Below the pieces are notes generated by a model that had not been told where the DNA came from, did not search any database, and saw nothing but the letters and a program-made list of their open reading frames with translations. Below are positions 1 through 9,447 of a stretch of DNA of 64,000 nt, piece after piece. How positions within the stretch are numbered: position 1 is the stretch's first letter; each line of letters opens with the position of its first letter. The DNA is from an uncultured Clostridia bacterium. GTDB lineage: Bacteria > Bacillota > Clostridia > Christensenellales > Borkfalkiaceae. The position numbers and the translations under genes were made by a program. Location of the stretch: positions 6,634 to 70,633 of the forward strand of contig CALVLH010000006.1 of NCBI GenBank assembly GCA_944336975.1, in the 5' to 3' direction.

Positions 1-232
1 GCAGACGGACGTGAAGAAAAAGACGGACTACGTCAAATTCGCGGAGAGCTTCGGCGCGACGGGGCTTTGCATCACGAAGGAGGAAGAGATCGAACCCGTG
101 CTCAAAAAGGCGTTCTCCCTCTCCTCGCCCGTGCTCGTGGACTGCCGCATCAGTTCGGACGAAAACGTCCTGCCCATGATCAAGCCGGGGCAGACGTACG
201 ACAAAATCATGACGGAAATGGAGGAGAAATAA
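1..232 (+). CDS. ilvB: acetolactate synthase large (catalytic) subunit, C-terminal fragment; gene starts upstream of window
   Basis: The reading frame is open to the window edge. The tail ...SPVLVDCRISSDENVLPMIKPGQTYDKIM resembles C-termini of TPP-dependent AHAS large subunits. The small-subunit gene starts 1 nt after the stop. Confidence 0.8.
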   Translation, partial: QTDVKKKTDYVKFAESFGATGLCITKEEEIEPVLKKAFSLSSPVLVDCRISSDENVLPMIKPGQTYDKIMTEMEEK

Positions 233-233
233 G

Positions 234-749
234 ATGAATCAGTATACGATCAGCGCGCTCGTCTCCAACAAAAGCGGCGTTCTGACGCGCGTCGCGTCCC
301 TGTTCGCCCGCCGCGGTTACAATATCGAGGCGCTCTCCGTCTGCAAGACGGAAGACCCCACCCTCTCCCGCATGACCATCGTCCTGAACGGCGACGACTA
401 TATCCTCGCGCAGATGATGAAGCAGATGGATAAGCTCATCGACGTGAAGAAGATCAAGCGCATGGAAGACGACGCGGTATACCGCGAACTTCTGCTCGTG
501 AAGATCCGCACGGATGCGGCAAAGCGCAGCGAGATCTTCGAGATCAGCCAGATCTTCCGCGCGAAGGTCGTGGACGTCTCCCCCGAGACGACCGTGCTCG
601 AACTGACGGGCAAGCCCTCCAAGCTGGACGGGTTCGTCGCCATGCTCCTCCCCTACGGGATCATCGAACTTGCGCGCACGGGCGTGACCGCGATCTCCCG
701 CGGCACCGAGTGCATCAAAGACGTCACCGATTACAAAGAAAAAATTTAA
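234..749 (+). CDS. ilvN: acetolactate synthase small (regulatory) subunit
   Basis: 171 aa. N-terminal ACT-domain signature ISALVSNKSGVLTRVASLFARRGYNIEALSV. Position directly after ilvB. Confidence 0.9.
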   Translation: MNQYTISALVSNKSGVLTRVASLFARRGYNIEALSVCKTEDPTLSRMTIVLNGDDYILAQMMKQMDKLIDVKKIKRMEDDAVYRELLLVKIRTDAAKRSEIFEISQIFRAKVVDVSPETTVLELTGKPSKLDGFVAMLLPYGIIELARTGVTAISRGTECIKDVTDYKEKI

Positions 750-754
750 GCGAG

Positions 755-783
755 AACGCGCCGCGCCGACGCGGCGCGTTTTT
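755..783 (+). terminator. intrinsic-terminator-like hairpin between ilvN and ilvD (possible attenuator)
   Basis: AACGCGCCGCG-ccga-CGCGGCGCGTT (755-780) runs into a T-tract ending at 783. The ilvD SD GAGG (787-790) and ATG (798) follow immediately. Confidence 0.5.
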
Positions 784-797
784 CATGAGGTCATATT

Positions 798-2465
798 ATG
801 AGCAATATCTTTACCGAAGGCACCAACATGGCGTCCCAGCGCTCCCTTCTTCGGGCGCTCGGGTGGACGGAAAGCGAAATGAAGAAACCCATCGTGGGCG
901 TCATCTGCGCCCAGAGCGACATCATTCCCGGGCACATGCACCTCGACATGATCGCGAAAGCAGTCTCCGAAGGCGTGCTCGCGGCGGGCGGCAAACCCGT
1001 CGTCGTCCCCTGCATCGGCGTATGCGACGGGCTTGCCATGGGACACAAGGGAATGCGCTATTCCCTCCCCTCCCGCGAGATCATCGCCGACAGCACGGAG
1101 ATCCTCGCCACCGCGCACGGCTTCGACGCGATCGTGTTCGTGGGAAACTGCGACAAGATCATCCCCGGGATGCTGATGGGCGCGGTGCGCGTGAACGTGC
1201 CCTCCGCGTTCGTCTCGGGCGGGCCTATGCTCGCGGGACACAAGAACGGCAAGAAGCTCTCCCTCTCCTCCATGTTCGAGGCGGTCGGGGCGTATACCTC
1301 GGGCAAGATCGGAGAAGACGAACTCAAAGAGTTCGAATGCACCTCCTGCCCTTCCTGCGGCTCGTGCTCGGGGATGTTCACGGCGAACTCGATGAACTGT
1401 CTCACCGAAGCGCTCGGCATGGCGCTGCCCGGCAACGGCACCGTGCCCATGGTCTATTCGGCGCGCCTCGCGCTCGCAAAGCAGACGGGCGAAGCGGTGA
1501 TGAAGCTGCTCGGACAGAACATCCGCCCGCGCGACATCCTTACCCCCGTCGCGATCAAGAACGCGGAACGCGTGGATATGGCGATCGGCGCTTCCTCCAA
1601 TTCGGTGCTCCACCTGCTCGCGCTCGCGAGCGAGCTGGGATTCACCAAGGAACAGCTCTCCGTAGACACGATGAACGAGATCTCCGCGACCACGCCCAAC
1701 CTCTGCCGCCTCGCGCCTGCGGGCGAGCACTACATCGAAGAACTCAACGAGGCGGGCGGCATTTCCGCCGTCATCCGCCAGCTCATCGACGCGAAGCTCT
1801 TTGACGGAAGCGCGATGACCGTCGCCTGCAAGACGCAGGACGAGCTCACCAAACACGCGCGCGTGAAAGACGCGGAGATCATCCGCCCCGTTTCCGCGCC
1901 CTATTCCCCTTACGGCGGGCTCGCCATCCTCAAAGGCAACCTCGCAAAGGACGGCTCCGTCGTCAAAAAGAGCGCGGTCGATCCCAAGATGTACCGCCAT
2001 TCCGGCCCCGCGCGCGTATTCGACTCGGAAGAAGAGGCGATGGAGGCGATCTCCCACAACAAGATCAGAAAGGGCGACGTCGTCGTCATCCGCTATGAAG
2101 GTCCCAAGGGCGGCCCCGGGATGCGCGAAATGCTCTCCCCCACCTCGTCCATCGTGGGCGCGGGGCTGGGCGACACCGTCGCGCTCATCACGGACGGGAG
2201 ATTCTCGGGCGCGACGCGCGGCGCGGCGATCGGGCACGTCTGCCCCGAAGCTGCGGCAGGCGGCGTGATCGGAATCGTGCAGGAAGGCGACGTCATCGAC
2301 ATCGACATCGAGAAGGGCGAGATCAATCTCCGCGTTCCCGAAGAAGAGATCGAAGCGCGCCTCAAAACGTTCGTTCCCAAGGAAAAACCCGTCGATGGAT
2401 ACCTCAGGCGCTATCGCGCGATGGTCGCGAGCGCGTCCGAAGGCGCGGTCCTCAAAAAGATCTGA
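798..2465 (+). CDS. ilvD: dihydroxy-acid dehydratase
   Basis: 555 aa. Typical IlvD/Edd features: [14 protein letters not shown]..., [36 protein letters not shown] lies 7 nt upstream. Confidence 0.97.
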   Translation: MSNIFTEGTNMASQRSLLRALGWTESEMKKPIVGVICAQSDIIPGHMHLDMIAKAVSEGVLAAGGKPVVVPCIGVCDGLAMGHKGMRYSLPSREIIADSTEILATAHGFDAIVFVGNCDKIIPGMLMGAVRVNVPSAFVSGGPMLAGHKNGKKLSLSSMFEAVGAYTSGKIGEDELKEFECTSCPSCGSCSGMFTANSMNCLTEALGMALPGNGTVPMVYSARLALAKQTGEAVMKLLGQNIRPRDILTPVAIKNAERVDMAIGASSNSVLHLLALASELGFTKEQLSVDTMNEISATTPNLCRLAPAGEHYIEELNEAGGISAVIRQLIDAKLFDGSAMTVACKTQDELTKHARVKDAEIIRPVSAPYSPYGGLAILKGNLAKDGSVVKKSAVDPKMYRHSGPARVFDSEEEAMEAISHNKIRKGDVVVIRYEGPKGGPGMREMLSPTSSIVGAGLGDTVALITDGRFSGATRGAAIGHVCPEAAAGGVIGIVQEGDVIDIDIEKGEINLRVPEEEIEARLKTFVPKEKPVDGYLRRYRAMVASASEGAVLKKI

Positions 2466-2656
2466 CGTCTGCGGAAGCGCCCCTGCGCGCAATTCGGAAC
2501 GTTTGCGCGGCATCTCCTTCCGACGCTTTTCGGCTGAGCGCCGAACGGCATTGCGGAAGTTCGGCGCAGAAAAGTTTCCGCATGACCGCGCGCCCGAGCC
2601 GCGACTCCCGCACGAAAGGGCGGAATCTGCGCGCCCTGCCATAAAAAATAAAACGC

Positions 2657-2700
2657 CGCCCGCCTGCGTTTGCAGGCGGGCGAATCCTTTTTCTTCTTTT
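2657..2700. terminator. rho-independent terminator, probably bidirectional (ilvD / LysR-type regulator converge here)
   Basis: 11-bp GC stem CGCCCGCCTGC-gttt-GCAGGCGGGCG (2657-2682). A T-rich run follows to 2700 and an A-rich run (2641-2653) lies on the other side. Confidence 0.7.
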
Positions 2701-2769
2701 CTGCGATTTCAGGCGATCGGGCGAGCTTTACGGCGTCTGCGCACGGTGTCCGCCGCCTTTTCGTCCGCG

Positions 2770-3591
2770 TCAGAAATACCGCTTAGCTTCGTCGGCGCGG
2801 CAGACGCGGTAGCTTAAAATTTTCATGCGGTCGAAATCGAGCGGACTGACTTCGGACAGAAAACCGCTCTCCCGCTCCTCTTTCACGAGCCCGCGCGGGA
2901 GAAAGGCGTATCCCAGCCCCGCCGCGAGATAGTCCTTAACCTTGTTGGAGTTATCCACCTCGAAGGGAAAGACGTGCCCCGCGGGGAAGAGTTCCCTAAG
3001 GTACGAACCGATCTCCGCGAGCGAGAAATTGCACATCGCAAACGGCAGCCGCGCAAGCTCCGCGCGCGTAATACCCTCGGGAAACGCGTTTTTGTCCGCG
3101 CGCACCCAGAGCGCCAGCTCGTCTTCGGAAAAGGGCGCGCAATCGTATCCCACCCGCCTGACGTTCTGATAGACGTACGCCGCGTCCAGAAGCCCGTCGA
3201 ACAGCATTTCGACGAGCTCCGCGGAATGCCCGAGCGTCACGCGATATGCCTTCCCCTCCGCAACGCCCTGCAACACGTGCTCTTTGAGCGCGCCTTCGTA
3301 GACCGCATTGGTCGCGCCCAGGCGGATCTGACGGACGCCGCCCTTGACCGCGCTCAGGCACGCGTCCTCCATTTCCGCAATGCGGCGCGCGTAATCGTAA
3401 AAGGTCTTGCCCTCTTCCGTAAGCGCGACGTTGCGCGTTTCGCGGCGCAGGAGCCGCACCCCCGTTTCCCGTTCGAGTTCCGCAATGCGGTTGGTCACGG
3501 TGGATTGCGCGACAAAGAGCTGTTCCGCCGCGCGCGTGAAATTTTTCAGTTTGACGAGCAGGAGAAAAGTGCGCAGATTTTCCGTGTTCAT
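2770..3591 (-). CDS. LysR-family transcriptional regulator
   Basis: 273 aa. N-terminal wHTH LRTFLLLVKLKNFTRAAEQLFVAQSTVTNRIAELE followed by a LysR substrate-binding-like C-terminal half. Divergent from leuC. Confidence 0.9.
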   Translation of the reverse strand: MNTENLRTFLLLVKLKNFTRAAEQLFVAQSTVTNRIAELERETGVRLLRRETRNVALTEEGKTFYDYARRIAEMEDACLSAVKGGVRQIRLGATNAVYEGALKEHVLQGVAEGKAYRVTLGHSAELVEMLFDGLLDAAYVYQNVRRVGYDCAPFSEDELALWVRADKNAFPEGITRAELARLPFAMCNFSLAEIGSYLRELFPAGHVFPFEVDNSNKVKDYLAAGLGYAFLPRGLVKEERESGFLSEVSPLDFDRMKILSYRVCRADEAKRYF

Positions 3592-3639
3592 AATTCGTTT
3601 TATCGATTGCCCCTATGCAATAATTCATTTTATAAATGA

Positions 3640-3669
3640 TTGACGGCAGTATAACATATATGGTATACT
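3640..3669 (+). promoter_or_regulatory. sigma-A type promoter candidate for leuCDB-yggS
   Basis: TTGACG (3640-3645), 18-nt spacer ending in TGg, then TATACT (3664-3669). It lies about 35 nt upstream of the leuC ATG. Confidence 0.5.
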
Positions 3670-3704
3670 CTTGTCAAACAAAATCCCGAAGGAGACCAAC
3701 GGAA

Positions 3705-4961
3705 ATGGGAATGACCATGACGCAAAAAATTCTCGCCGCGCACGCAGGACTGGACAGCGTGAAGGCGGGGCAACTGATCATGGCGGATCTGGACATGGTG
3801 CTGGCAAACGACATCACCGCCCCCGTCGCGATCAAAGAATTTGAAAAGGCGGGCGCGACGTGCGTGCGCTGCAAAGACAAGATCAGCCTCGTGATGGACC
3901 ACTTCACGCCGAACAAGGACATCAAGGCGGCGTGCCAGGTGAAACTCACGCGCGAATTTGCCCAAAAACAGGGCATCGAACACTTCTATGACGTGGGACA
4001 GATGGGCATCGAACACGCGCTTTTACCCGAGCAGGGACTGGTCGGCGCGGGCGACTGCGTGATCGGCGCTGACAGCCATACCTGCACCTACGGCGCGCTC
4101 GGCGCGTTCTCGACGGGCGTCGGCTCGACGGACATGGCGGCGGGCATGATCGGGCAGAAATGCTGGTTCAAGGTGCCTGCGGCGATTCGCTTCGTCCTGC
4201 ACGGCAAACTGCCCCGCTTCGTGACGGGCAAAGATCTCATCCTGCACATCATCGGCATGATCGGCGTGGACGGCGCACTCTACCGCTCGATGGAATTTAC
4301 GGGCGACGGCGTGAAGTCCCTCTCCATGGACGACCGCTTCACCGTATGCAACATGGCGATCGAGGCGGGCGCGAAAAACGGCATTTTCCCCGTCGATGAA
4401 CTCACCCTCGACTATTTGAAAGGCAGATTCAAGCGCGAGATCCGCATCTTCGAAGCGGACGAGGACGCGGAATACGAGCGCACGGTCGAGATCGACCTTT
4501 CCTCGCTGCGCCCCACCGTCGCCTTCCCCCACCTGCCCGAAAACACGCGCACCGAATGGGAAGAGATCCCCGTTCAGCAGGCGGTCATCGGCTCCTGCAC
4601 CAACGGACGCATTTCCGATCTGTGCCAGGCGGCGGAGATCCTCAAAGGCAGAAAGGTGCATAAAAACGTGCGGTGCATCGTCATCCCCGCGACGCAGGAA
4701 GTGTATCTGCAGGCGATGAAGGAAGGACTGTTGGAGATCTTCATCAAGGCGGGCGCGATCGTATCCACCCCCACCTGCGGTCCCTGCCTCGGCGGGCACA
4801 TGGGCATCCTCGCGGACGGCGAGCGTTGCGTATCCACCACCAACCGCAATTTCGTGGGCAGAATGGGACACATCACGAGCGAGATCTACCTCGCTTCCCC
4901 TTACGTCGCGGCGGCGAGCGCCGTGACGGGAAAACTTTCCCTTCCCGAGGAGGTCATCTGA
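3705..4961 (+). CDS. leuC: 3-isopropylmalate dehydratase large subunit
   Basis: Aconitase-family large subunit ([11 protein letters not shown]..., [30 protein letters not shown]). Start chosen at the ATG 10 nt after AAGGAG (ORF track extends to 3636). Confidence 0.95.
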   Translation: MGMTMTQKILAAHAGLDSVKAGQLIMADLDMVLANDITAPVAIKEFEKAGATCVRCKDKISLVMDHFTPNKDIKAACQVKLTREFAQKQGIEHFYDVGQMGIEHALLPEQGLVGAGDCVIGADSHTCTYGALGAFSTGVGSTDMAAGMIGQKCWFKVPAAIRFVLHGKLPRFVTGKDLILHIIGMIGVDGALYRSMEFTGDGVKSLSMDDRFTVCNMAIEAGAKNGIFPVDELTLDYLKGRFKREIRIFEADEDAEYERTVEIDLSSLRPTVAFPHLPENTRTEWEEIPVQQAVIGSCTNGRISDLCQAAEILKGRKVHKNVRCIVIPATQEVYLQAMKEGLLEIFIKAGAIVSTPTCGPCLGGHMGILADGERCVSTTNRNFVGRMGHITSEIYLASPYVAAASAVTGKLSLPEEVI

Positions 4962-5447
4962 ATGAACGTCAAAGGCACGGTACACAAATACGGCAACGAC
5001 GTCGATACCGACGTCATCATCCCCGCCCGCTATCTCAACACCTCGTCCGAGGAAGAATTGGCGGCGCACTGCATGGAGGACATCGACAAGGACTTCGTGC
5101 GCACCGTGAAGAAGGGCGACATCATCGTCGCGCAGGATAACTTCGGCTGCGGCTCGTCGCGCGAGCACGCGCCCATCGCCATCAAGGCGAGCGGCGTCTC
5201 CCTCGTCATCGCGAACACGTTCGCGCGCATCTTCTACCGCAATTCGATCAACATCGGGCTTCCCATCCTCGAATGTCCCGAAGCGGTCGCGAACATCTCG
5301 GACGGAGACGTCGTCTCCTGCGATCTCTCCGCGGGCGTCATCGTTAACGAGACGACGGGCAAGAGCTTCCGCGCGGAACCCTTCCCCGCATTCATTCAGA
5401 ACATCATCGACGCGGGCGGACTCATGAAGTCGCTCGCCCAAAAATAA
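4962..5447 (+). CDS. leuD: 3-isopropylmalate dehydratase small subunit
   Basis: 161 aa. Aconitase swivel-domain motifs ([22 protein letters not shown]). The ATG abuts the leuC stop. Confidence 0.95.
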   Translation: MNVKGTVHKYGNDVDTDVIIPARYLNTSSEEELAAHCMEDIDKDFVRTVKKGDIIVAQDNFGCGSSREHAPIAIKASGVSLVIANTFARIFYRNSINIGLPILECPEAVANISDGDVVSCDLSAGVIVNETTGKSFRAEPFPAFIQNIIDAGGLMKSLAQK

Positions 5448-5480
5448 GCCCCGCCTTCGCGGAACTTTCAGGAGAATATC

Positions 5481-6557
5481 ATGAAAAAACATATCGCAGT
5501 ACTTGCCGGGGACGGGATCGGCCCCGAGATCACGGACGGCGCGATCGCCGTCCTCAAAAAGGTCGCCGAGAAATTCGGCCATGAATTTACCTTCGAGCCG
5601 CTGCTCATGGGCGGCTGCGCGATCGACGCGTGCGGCGAGCCGCTCCCCGCAAAGACGGTGGAACGGTGCCTCGCCTCCGACTCCGTGCTGTTGGGCGCGG
5701 TGGGCGGCCCCAAGTGGGATACGCTTCCCGGCGACAAGCGCCCCGAAAAGGGACTGCTCGGCATCCGCAAGGCGCTCGGGCTGTATTCCAACATCCGCCC
5801 CGCGAAGCTGTGGAAAGCGCTCGCGGACGCGTCCCCGCTCAAAAAACAGCTCGTGGAAAACGGCGTGGAGATCATCGTCGTGCGCGAACTGACGGGCGGC
5901 ATCTATTTCGGCGAACGCGGGAGATATGAGGACGAAGCGCTGGGCGAGACCGCATGGGATACCGAAAAGTATTCGGTGACGGAGATCCGCCGTATCGCAA
6001 AGATCGCCTGCGAACTCGCGCGCAAGCGCTCGGGAAAGGTCATCTCCGTGGACAAGGCGAACGTGCTGGAAAGCTCGCGCTTATGGCGCAAGACGGTGCA
6101 CGAATACGCGGAGGAGAACTATCCCGACGTGACCGTGACCGATATGCTCGTGGACAACACCGCGATGCAGATCGTCAAGAACCCCGCGCAGTTCGACGTC
6201 ATGCTCACTTCCAATATGTTCGGCGACATCCTCTCGGACGAGGCGGCGCAGGTGACGGGCTCCATCGGGATGCTCGCCTCCTCTTCCCTCGGCGACGGAA
6301 CGCGCGGGCTGTACGAGCCCATCCACGGCTCCGCGCCCGACATCGCGGGACAGGACGTGGCGAACCCCATCGCGACCATTCTCTCGGCGGCGATGATGCT
6401 GCGCGATTCCTTCTCGTTGACCGAGGAATACGCGGCGATCGAGAACGCGATCGCAAAGGTGCTCGACGAGGGATACCGCACCGCCGACATCATGTCGGAA
6501 GGCATGACAAAGGTCGGATGCAAAGAGATGACTCGGCTCATCGCGGAGCGGATATGA
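5481..6557 (+). CDS. leuB: 3-isopropylmalate dehydrogenase
   Basis: 358 aa. [39 protein letters not shown]. Confidence 0.97.
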   Translation: MKKHIAVLAGDGIGPEITDGAIAVLKKVAEKFGHEFTFEPLLMGGCAIDACGEPLPAKTVERCLASDSVLLGAVGGPKWDTLPGDKRPEKGLLGIRKALGLYSNIRPAKLWKALADASPLKKQLVENGVEIIVVRELTGGIYFGERGRYEDEALGETAWDTEKYSVTEIRRIAKIACELARKRSGKVISVDKANVLESSRLWRKTVHEYAEENYPDVTVTDMLVDNTAMQIVKNPAQFDVMLTSNMFGDILSDEAAQVTGSIGMLASSSLGDGTRGLYEPIHGSAPDIAGQDVANPIATILSAAMMLRDSFSLTEEYAAIENAIAKVLDEGYRTADIMSEGMTKVGCKEMTRLIAERI

Positions 6558-7228
6558 TTTCAGATAACGTCCGCGCCCTGTTATCCCGTCTCCCCGAAAC
6601 CAACCCGTTCGGCGAGAAGATCACCCTCGTCGCCGCGACCAAGACGCGCACGGCGGACGAGATCAACGAGGCGATCGGAGCGGGCATTACGGACATCGGG
6701 GAAAACAAGGTGCAGGAATTCCGCGATAAGTACGACCTCGTGCACGGCGCAAATCGCCATTTCATCGGGCATTTGCAGACGAATAAGGTCAAATATCTCA
6801 TCGGAAAGACCTATCTTTATCACTCCGTCGACCGCGACGAACTGGCGCAAGAGATCGCCGTCCGTTCCTGCCGCGCGGGGATCGTATCCGACATCCTCAT
6901 ACAGGTGAACATCGGATGCGAAGAGAGCAAGGGCGGCTATGCCCTTGCGGAAACGCCCGCCGCCTACGAAACGCTCTCCCGCACGCAAGGGCTTCGCGTG
7001 CGCGGACTCATGGCGATGCTTCCCCTTTCCGACGATACCGCCCTTTTATCCCGCCTCTGCGACGAGATGCGCGCGCTGTACGACGCCCTGCGCGAACGGG
7101 ACGGAAATATCTCCTTCCTCTCCATGGGCATGAGCGGAGACTGGGAACTTTGCGTAAATCACGGCGCGAACATGATCCGCCTCGGTACCGCGATCTTCGG
7201 TCAGCGCGATTACTCGCACCATAACTGA
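6554..7228 (+). CDS. yggS: YggS-family pyridoxal-phosphate homeostasis protein
   Basis: 224 aa. [45 protein letters not shown]. The ATG overlaps the leuB stop (ATGA). The ORF-track N-terminal extension back to 5954 lies out of frame inside leuB. Confidence 0.9.
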   Translation: MISDNVRALLSRLPETNPFGEKITLVAATKTRTADEINEAIGAGITDIGENKVQEFRDKYDLVHGANRHFIGHLQTNKVKYLIGKTYLYHSVDRDELAQEIAVRSCRAGIVSDILIQVNIGCEESKGGYALAETPAAYETLSRTQGLRVRGLMAMLPLSDDTALLSRLCDEMRALYDALRERDGNISFLSMGMSGDWELCVNHGANMIRLGTAIFGQRDYSHHN

Positions 7229-7314
7229 CCGTCGGAAGCGCTCCGCGCGCTTCGCGAGCGCGATCGGGAAACGGGCGGCTCTGCGGCGCCCGACTATTGC
7301 AGACAATACAAAAC

Positions 7315-7353
7315 GCGCGGCGTTTTCGGTTTCCGAAAACGCCGCGCATTTTT
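7315..7353. terminator. bidirectional rho-independent terminator between converging yggS and PP2C phosphatase genes
   Basis: 15-bp stem GCGCGGCGTTTTCGG-ttt-CCGAAAACGCCGCGC (7315-7347) flanked by CAAAA upstream and ATTTTT downstream. Confidence 0.7.
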
Positions 7354-7398
7354 AATATCGCTATTTTGCGGTCGTGCATATTTTATCGCCCGATCCGC

Positions 7399-8466
7399 TT
7401 ATTTCAGATCGAAGGCGATCGCGGTGAGATCGTCGTCGAAGGTGCCGCAGAATTCCGTGAGCGCCGCTTTCAGCCGTTCGATGAAGTGCTCCGCGTCCCA
7501 CGAGTGCTGCAAGATGTTTTCCACCCGTTCGAGGGTGAACTGCTCTCCCGCCTCGTTCTTGCTCTCCGTGACGCCGTCCGTCAGAAGCACGAGGATGTCT
7601 CCCTCGCGGTAGCCGATGAGACGGTCCTGATATTCGAAATCGGGCATCCAGTTGGAGACGGGCGGCGAGTTCATGACGATCTCGTCGATGCCCGTGCTGC
7701 TTTTCAGAAGAATGGGCGCGTTGTGCCCCGCGACCGAATAATGGATCTCCCGTTTCGCGCTCTCCACGCGCACCGCCGCCAGCGTGATATATGATTTTTC
7801 GTCCAGGTTGAGTTCCTGGAATTTCGCATTGAGGCGCGTAAGGGCATGAGCGGGCGAGGGTTCCTCGCGGTCCCATCCCGCCTTGACGAACGCGGACAAC
7901 ATCCCCGCCGAGATGCCCTTGCCCGACACGTCCGCGATCACGCCCACCGTGTCCCCGTCCAGTTCATATACGTCGGGCAGATCCCCGCCGATCTCGCGGC
8001 AAGGAATATACATGAAGGAATACGGCACGCCGCCGGGGCATTTGGCGGGCGGCAGAAGGCGCTGTTGGATGTCCTGCGCCGAGTGCATTTCCCGCGCGAT
8101 CTCCATCTCGTAGGCGTTGTCCACGATGCCCAGATAATATTTGCCGAGCGGCTTGATCTTGATGCGCAGAGCGACGGTCTTACCTTCCTCCCCGCTCCGC
8201 ACGATGATGTTGCGGAAGGCGAGCCCGTTGTTGGCGACCGCGTCCGAAAATACGTTCCTGACGGGACAGTACGCGCATTTGATGCCCTTGCCGCATTCCT
8301 CTTCCCGTTCCCCGCAGTTGATCGCGTCGCGCAGGCTCCCACGCACTTTGTGCGCGGAAAAATATTCGCGGAACGCCCTGTTCGCATACCGCACCCGCAG
8401 ACTTTTATCCACGACGATCGCCGCCGTGGGAAGATTGTTGAGTATGTCTTTATACAGATTGGACAT
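7399..8466 (-). CDS. PP2C/SpoIIE-family serine phosphatase with N-terminal PAS-like sensor carrying a Cys4 cluster
   Basis: 355 aa. N-terminus LPTAAIVVDKSLRVRYANRAFREYF (PAS-like), CGEREEECGKGIKCAYC (C51, C58, C64, C67), then SpoIIE-type REIGGDLPDVY..., VIADVSGKGISAGML, VLLTDGVTE. Confidence 0.85.
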   Translation of the reverse strand: MSNLYKDILNNLPTAAIVVDKSLRVRYANRAFREYFSAHKVRGSLRDAINCGEREEECGKGIKCAYCPVRNVFSDAVANNGLAFRNIIVRSGEEGKTVALRIKIKPLGKYYLGIVDNAYEMEIAREMHSAQDIQQRLLPPAKCPGGVPYSFMYIPCREIGGDLPDVYELDGDTVGVIADVSGKGISAGMLSAFVKAGWDREEPSPAHALTRLNAKFQELNLDEKSYITLAAVRVESAKREIHYSVAGHNAPILLKSSTGIDEIVMNSPPVSNWMPDFEYQDRLIGYREGDILVLLTDGVTESKNEAGEQFTLERVENILQHSWDAEHFIERLKAALTEFCGTFDDDLTAIAFDLK

Positions 8467-8467
8467 T

Positions 8468-9337
8468 TCAGCCTCGGAACATTTTGAGTTTGCCCGTCAC
8501 GAGCGTCGCCGCAAGCACGTCCGTCTCCCGCAGCTCGCCGTCGTATTGTGCGACCGTGCGCGTTCTCGGCGTGATCACCGCCCGCTCGCAGCGCGTGTGA
8601 TGCGCGAACGGAAGGGACAGGATCTTGCCCCGCATCAGCCTGATGAGCGCGGGCAAGATCTTGCGGCGGGCGGGACAGTCCACCGTGATGAGATCCAGCT
8701 TGCCGTCCGCGACCTCCGCGGGCGGACAAAGCGGGATCCCGCCGCCCAGATATTTGCCGTTGCACACCGCCGCGATGAGCGCTTTGCCGACGGAAGTCCT
8801 CCCCTCCGCCTCGACGCAGACCGTGACGCCGCGGTATTTCATCAGCGAGACGAGCAGGCTCAGAAAATACTTGACCTTTTTGTGGAATCCCTTCATACGC
8901 TCGCAACGCTGCAAGACATCCACGTCGATACCGAGCCCCGCGATGTTCATCGAACGCCTGCCGTCGTCGAATTGGATGTAATCGGTGGGTTTTGCCTCGG
9001 AGGTAAGGATGAGTCCGAGCGCGTCGACTCCGTAAGGGATCTTCGCGGAAGCCGCAAAATCGTTGCCCGTGCCCGCGGGAACAAGCCCGAGAACGCATTC
9101 CTCCGCGTGCGTCAGTCCGCTCAGCACGTCGTTCAGCGTACCGTCACCGCCCACGGCTACGATCGTGCGCTCGCCTTCCTCGGTGAGGCGACGGGCAAGT
9201 TCGGTCGCCTCTCCCTGCTTTTCCGTGCGGAAAACGCGATACTCGCCGCCCCATGCGCGGAGCCGCTCTTCGATCTTATCCAAAAGCCGTTTCCCCGCGC
9301 CGCGCAGAGATCGCGGATTTACGATGACGTTCAGCAT
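8468..9337 (-). CDS. diacylglycerol/lipid kinase family protein (YegS/DagK-like)
   Basis: 289 aa. NP.S..G N-terminus, IVAVGGDGTLNDV, VPAGTGNDFA. The stop lies 1 nt before the phosphatase start. Confidence 0.85.
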   Translation of the reverse strand: MLNVIVNPRSLRGAGKRLLDKIEERLRAWGGEYRVFRTEKQGEATELARRLTEEGERTIVAVGGDGTLNDVLSGLTHAEECVLGLVPAGTGNDFAASAKIPYGVDALGLILTSEAKPTDYIQFDDGRRSMNIAGLGIDVDVLQRCERMKGFHKKVKYFLSLLVSLMKYRGVTVCVEAEGRTSVGKALIAAVCNGKYLGGGIPLCPPAEVADGKLDLITVDCPARRKILPALIRLMRGKILSLPFAHHTRCERAVITPRTRTVAQYDGELRETDVLAATLVTGKLKMFRG

Positions 9338-9447
9338 CCCCTTTCTCCCTTTTAATCATGTTTATTATATAACATTCCTCGACGAATTGCAATTTTTTTC
9401 ACAATCTGCTATACTGTTTTCAGGAAAATTTCATTCCGGGAGAAAAT

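Noticed and set aside
783-2642. Other long antisense ORFs: 783-2642(-), 4023-5582(-), 12320-15520(-), 16733-18127(+), 17973-19433(+), 30820-32508(+), 32622-34073(+), 37013-40228(+), 45662-47419(+), 50656-52110(+), 52461-53840(+), 53743-55596(+), 56776-59352(+)
   Set aside because: They have the same shadow-ORF composition and register as above. Each lies opposite a gene with clear family motifs, and none has a convincing RBS or promoter of its own.
2466-2656. 190-nt GC-rich untranslated stretch after ilvD with several short imperfect inverted repeats (e.g. GCGCCGAA...TTCGGCGC around 2535-2572)
   Set aside because: No ORF with a start or RBS, no promoter and no recognisable RNA motif. The hairpins lack U-tracts. 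I cannot support any call. It may simply be a long 3' UTR before the terminator at 2657-2700.
5954-6553. N-terminal extensions proposed by the ORF track: 5954 for yggS, 9948 for rmuC, 48653 for the 49538 gene, 61043 for pyrE, 61411 for pyrD, 62397 for pyrK, 63083 for pyrF, 42218 for purD, 40816 for purL, 37068 for fhs, 34148 for degV, 18220 for lysC, 48426 for purE, 30589 for the 153-aa gene, 29881 for yraN
   Set aside because: The extensions run out of frame through the upstream gene or through promoter or leader sequence, and are Arg/Gly-rich. Internal ATG/GTG codons preceded by SD sequences give proteins that begin where the families normally begin.
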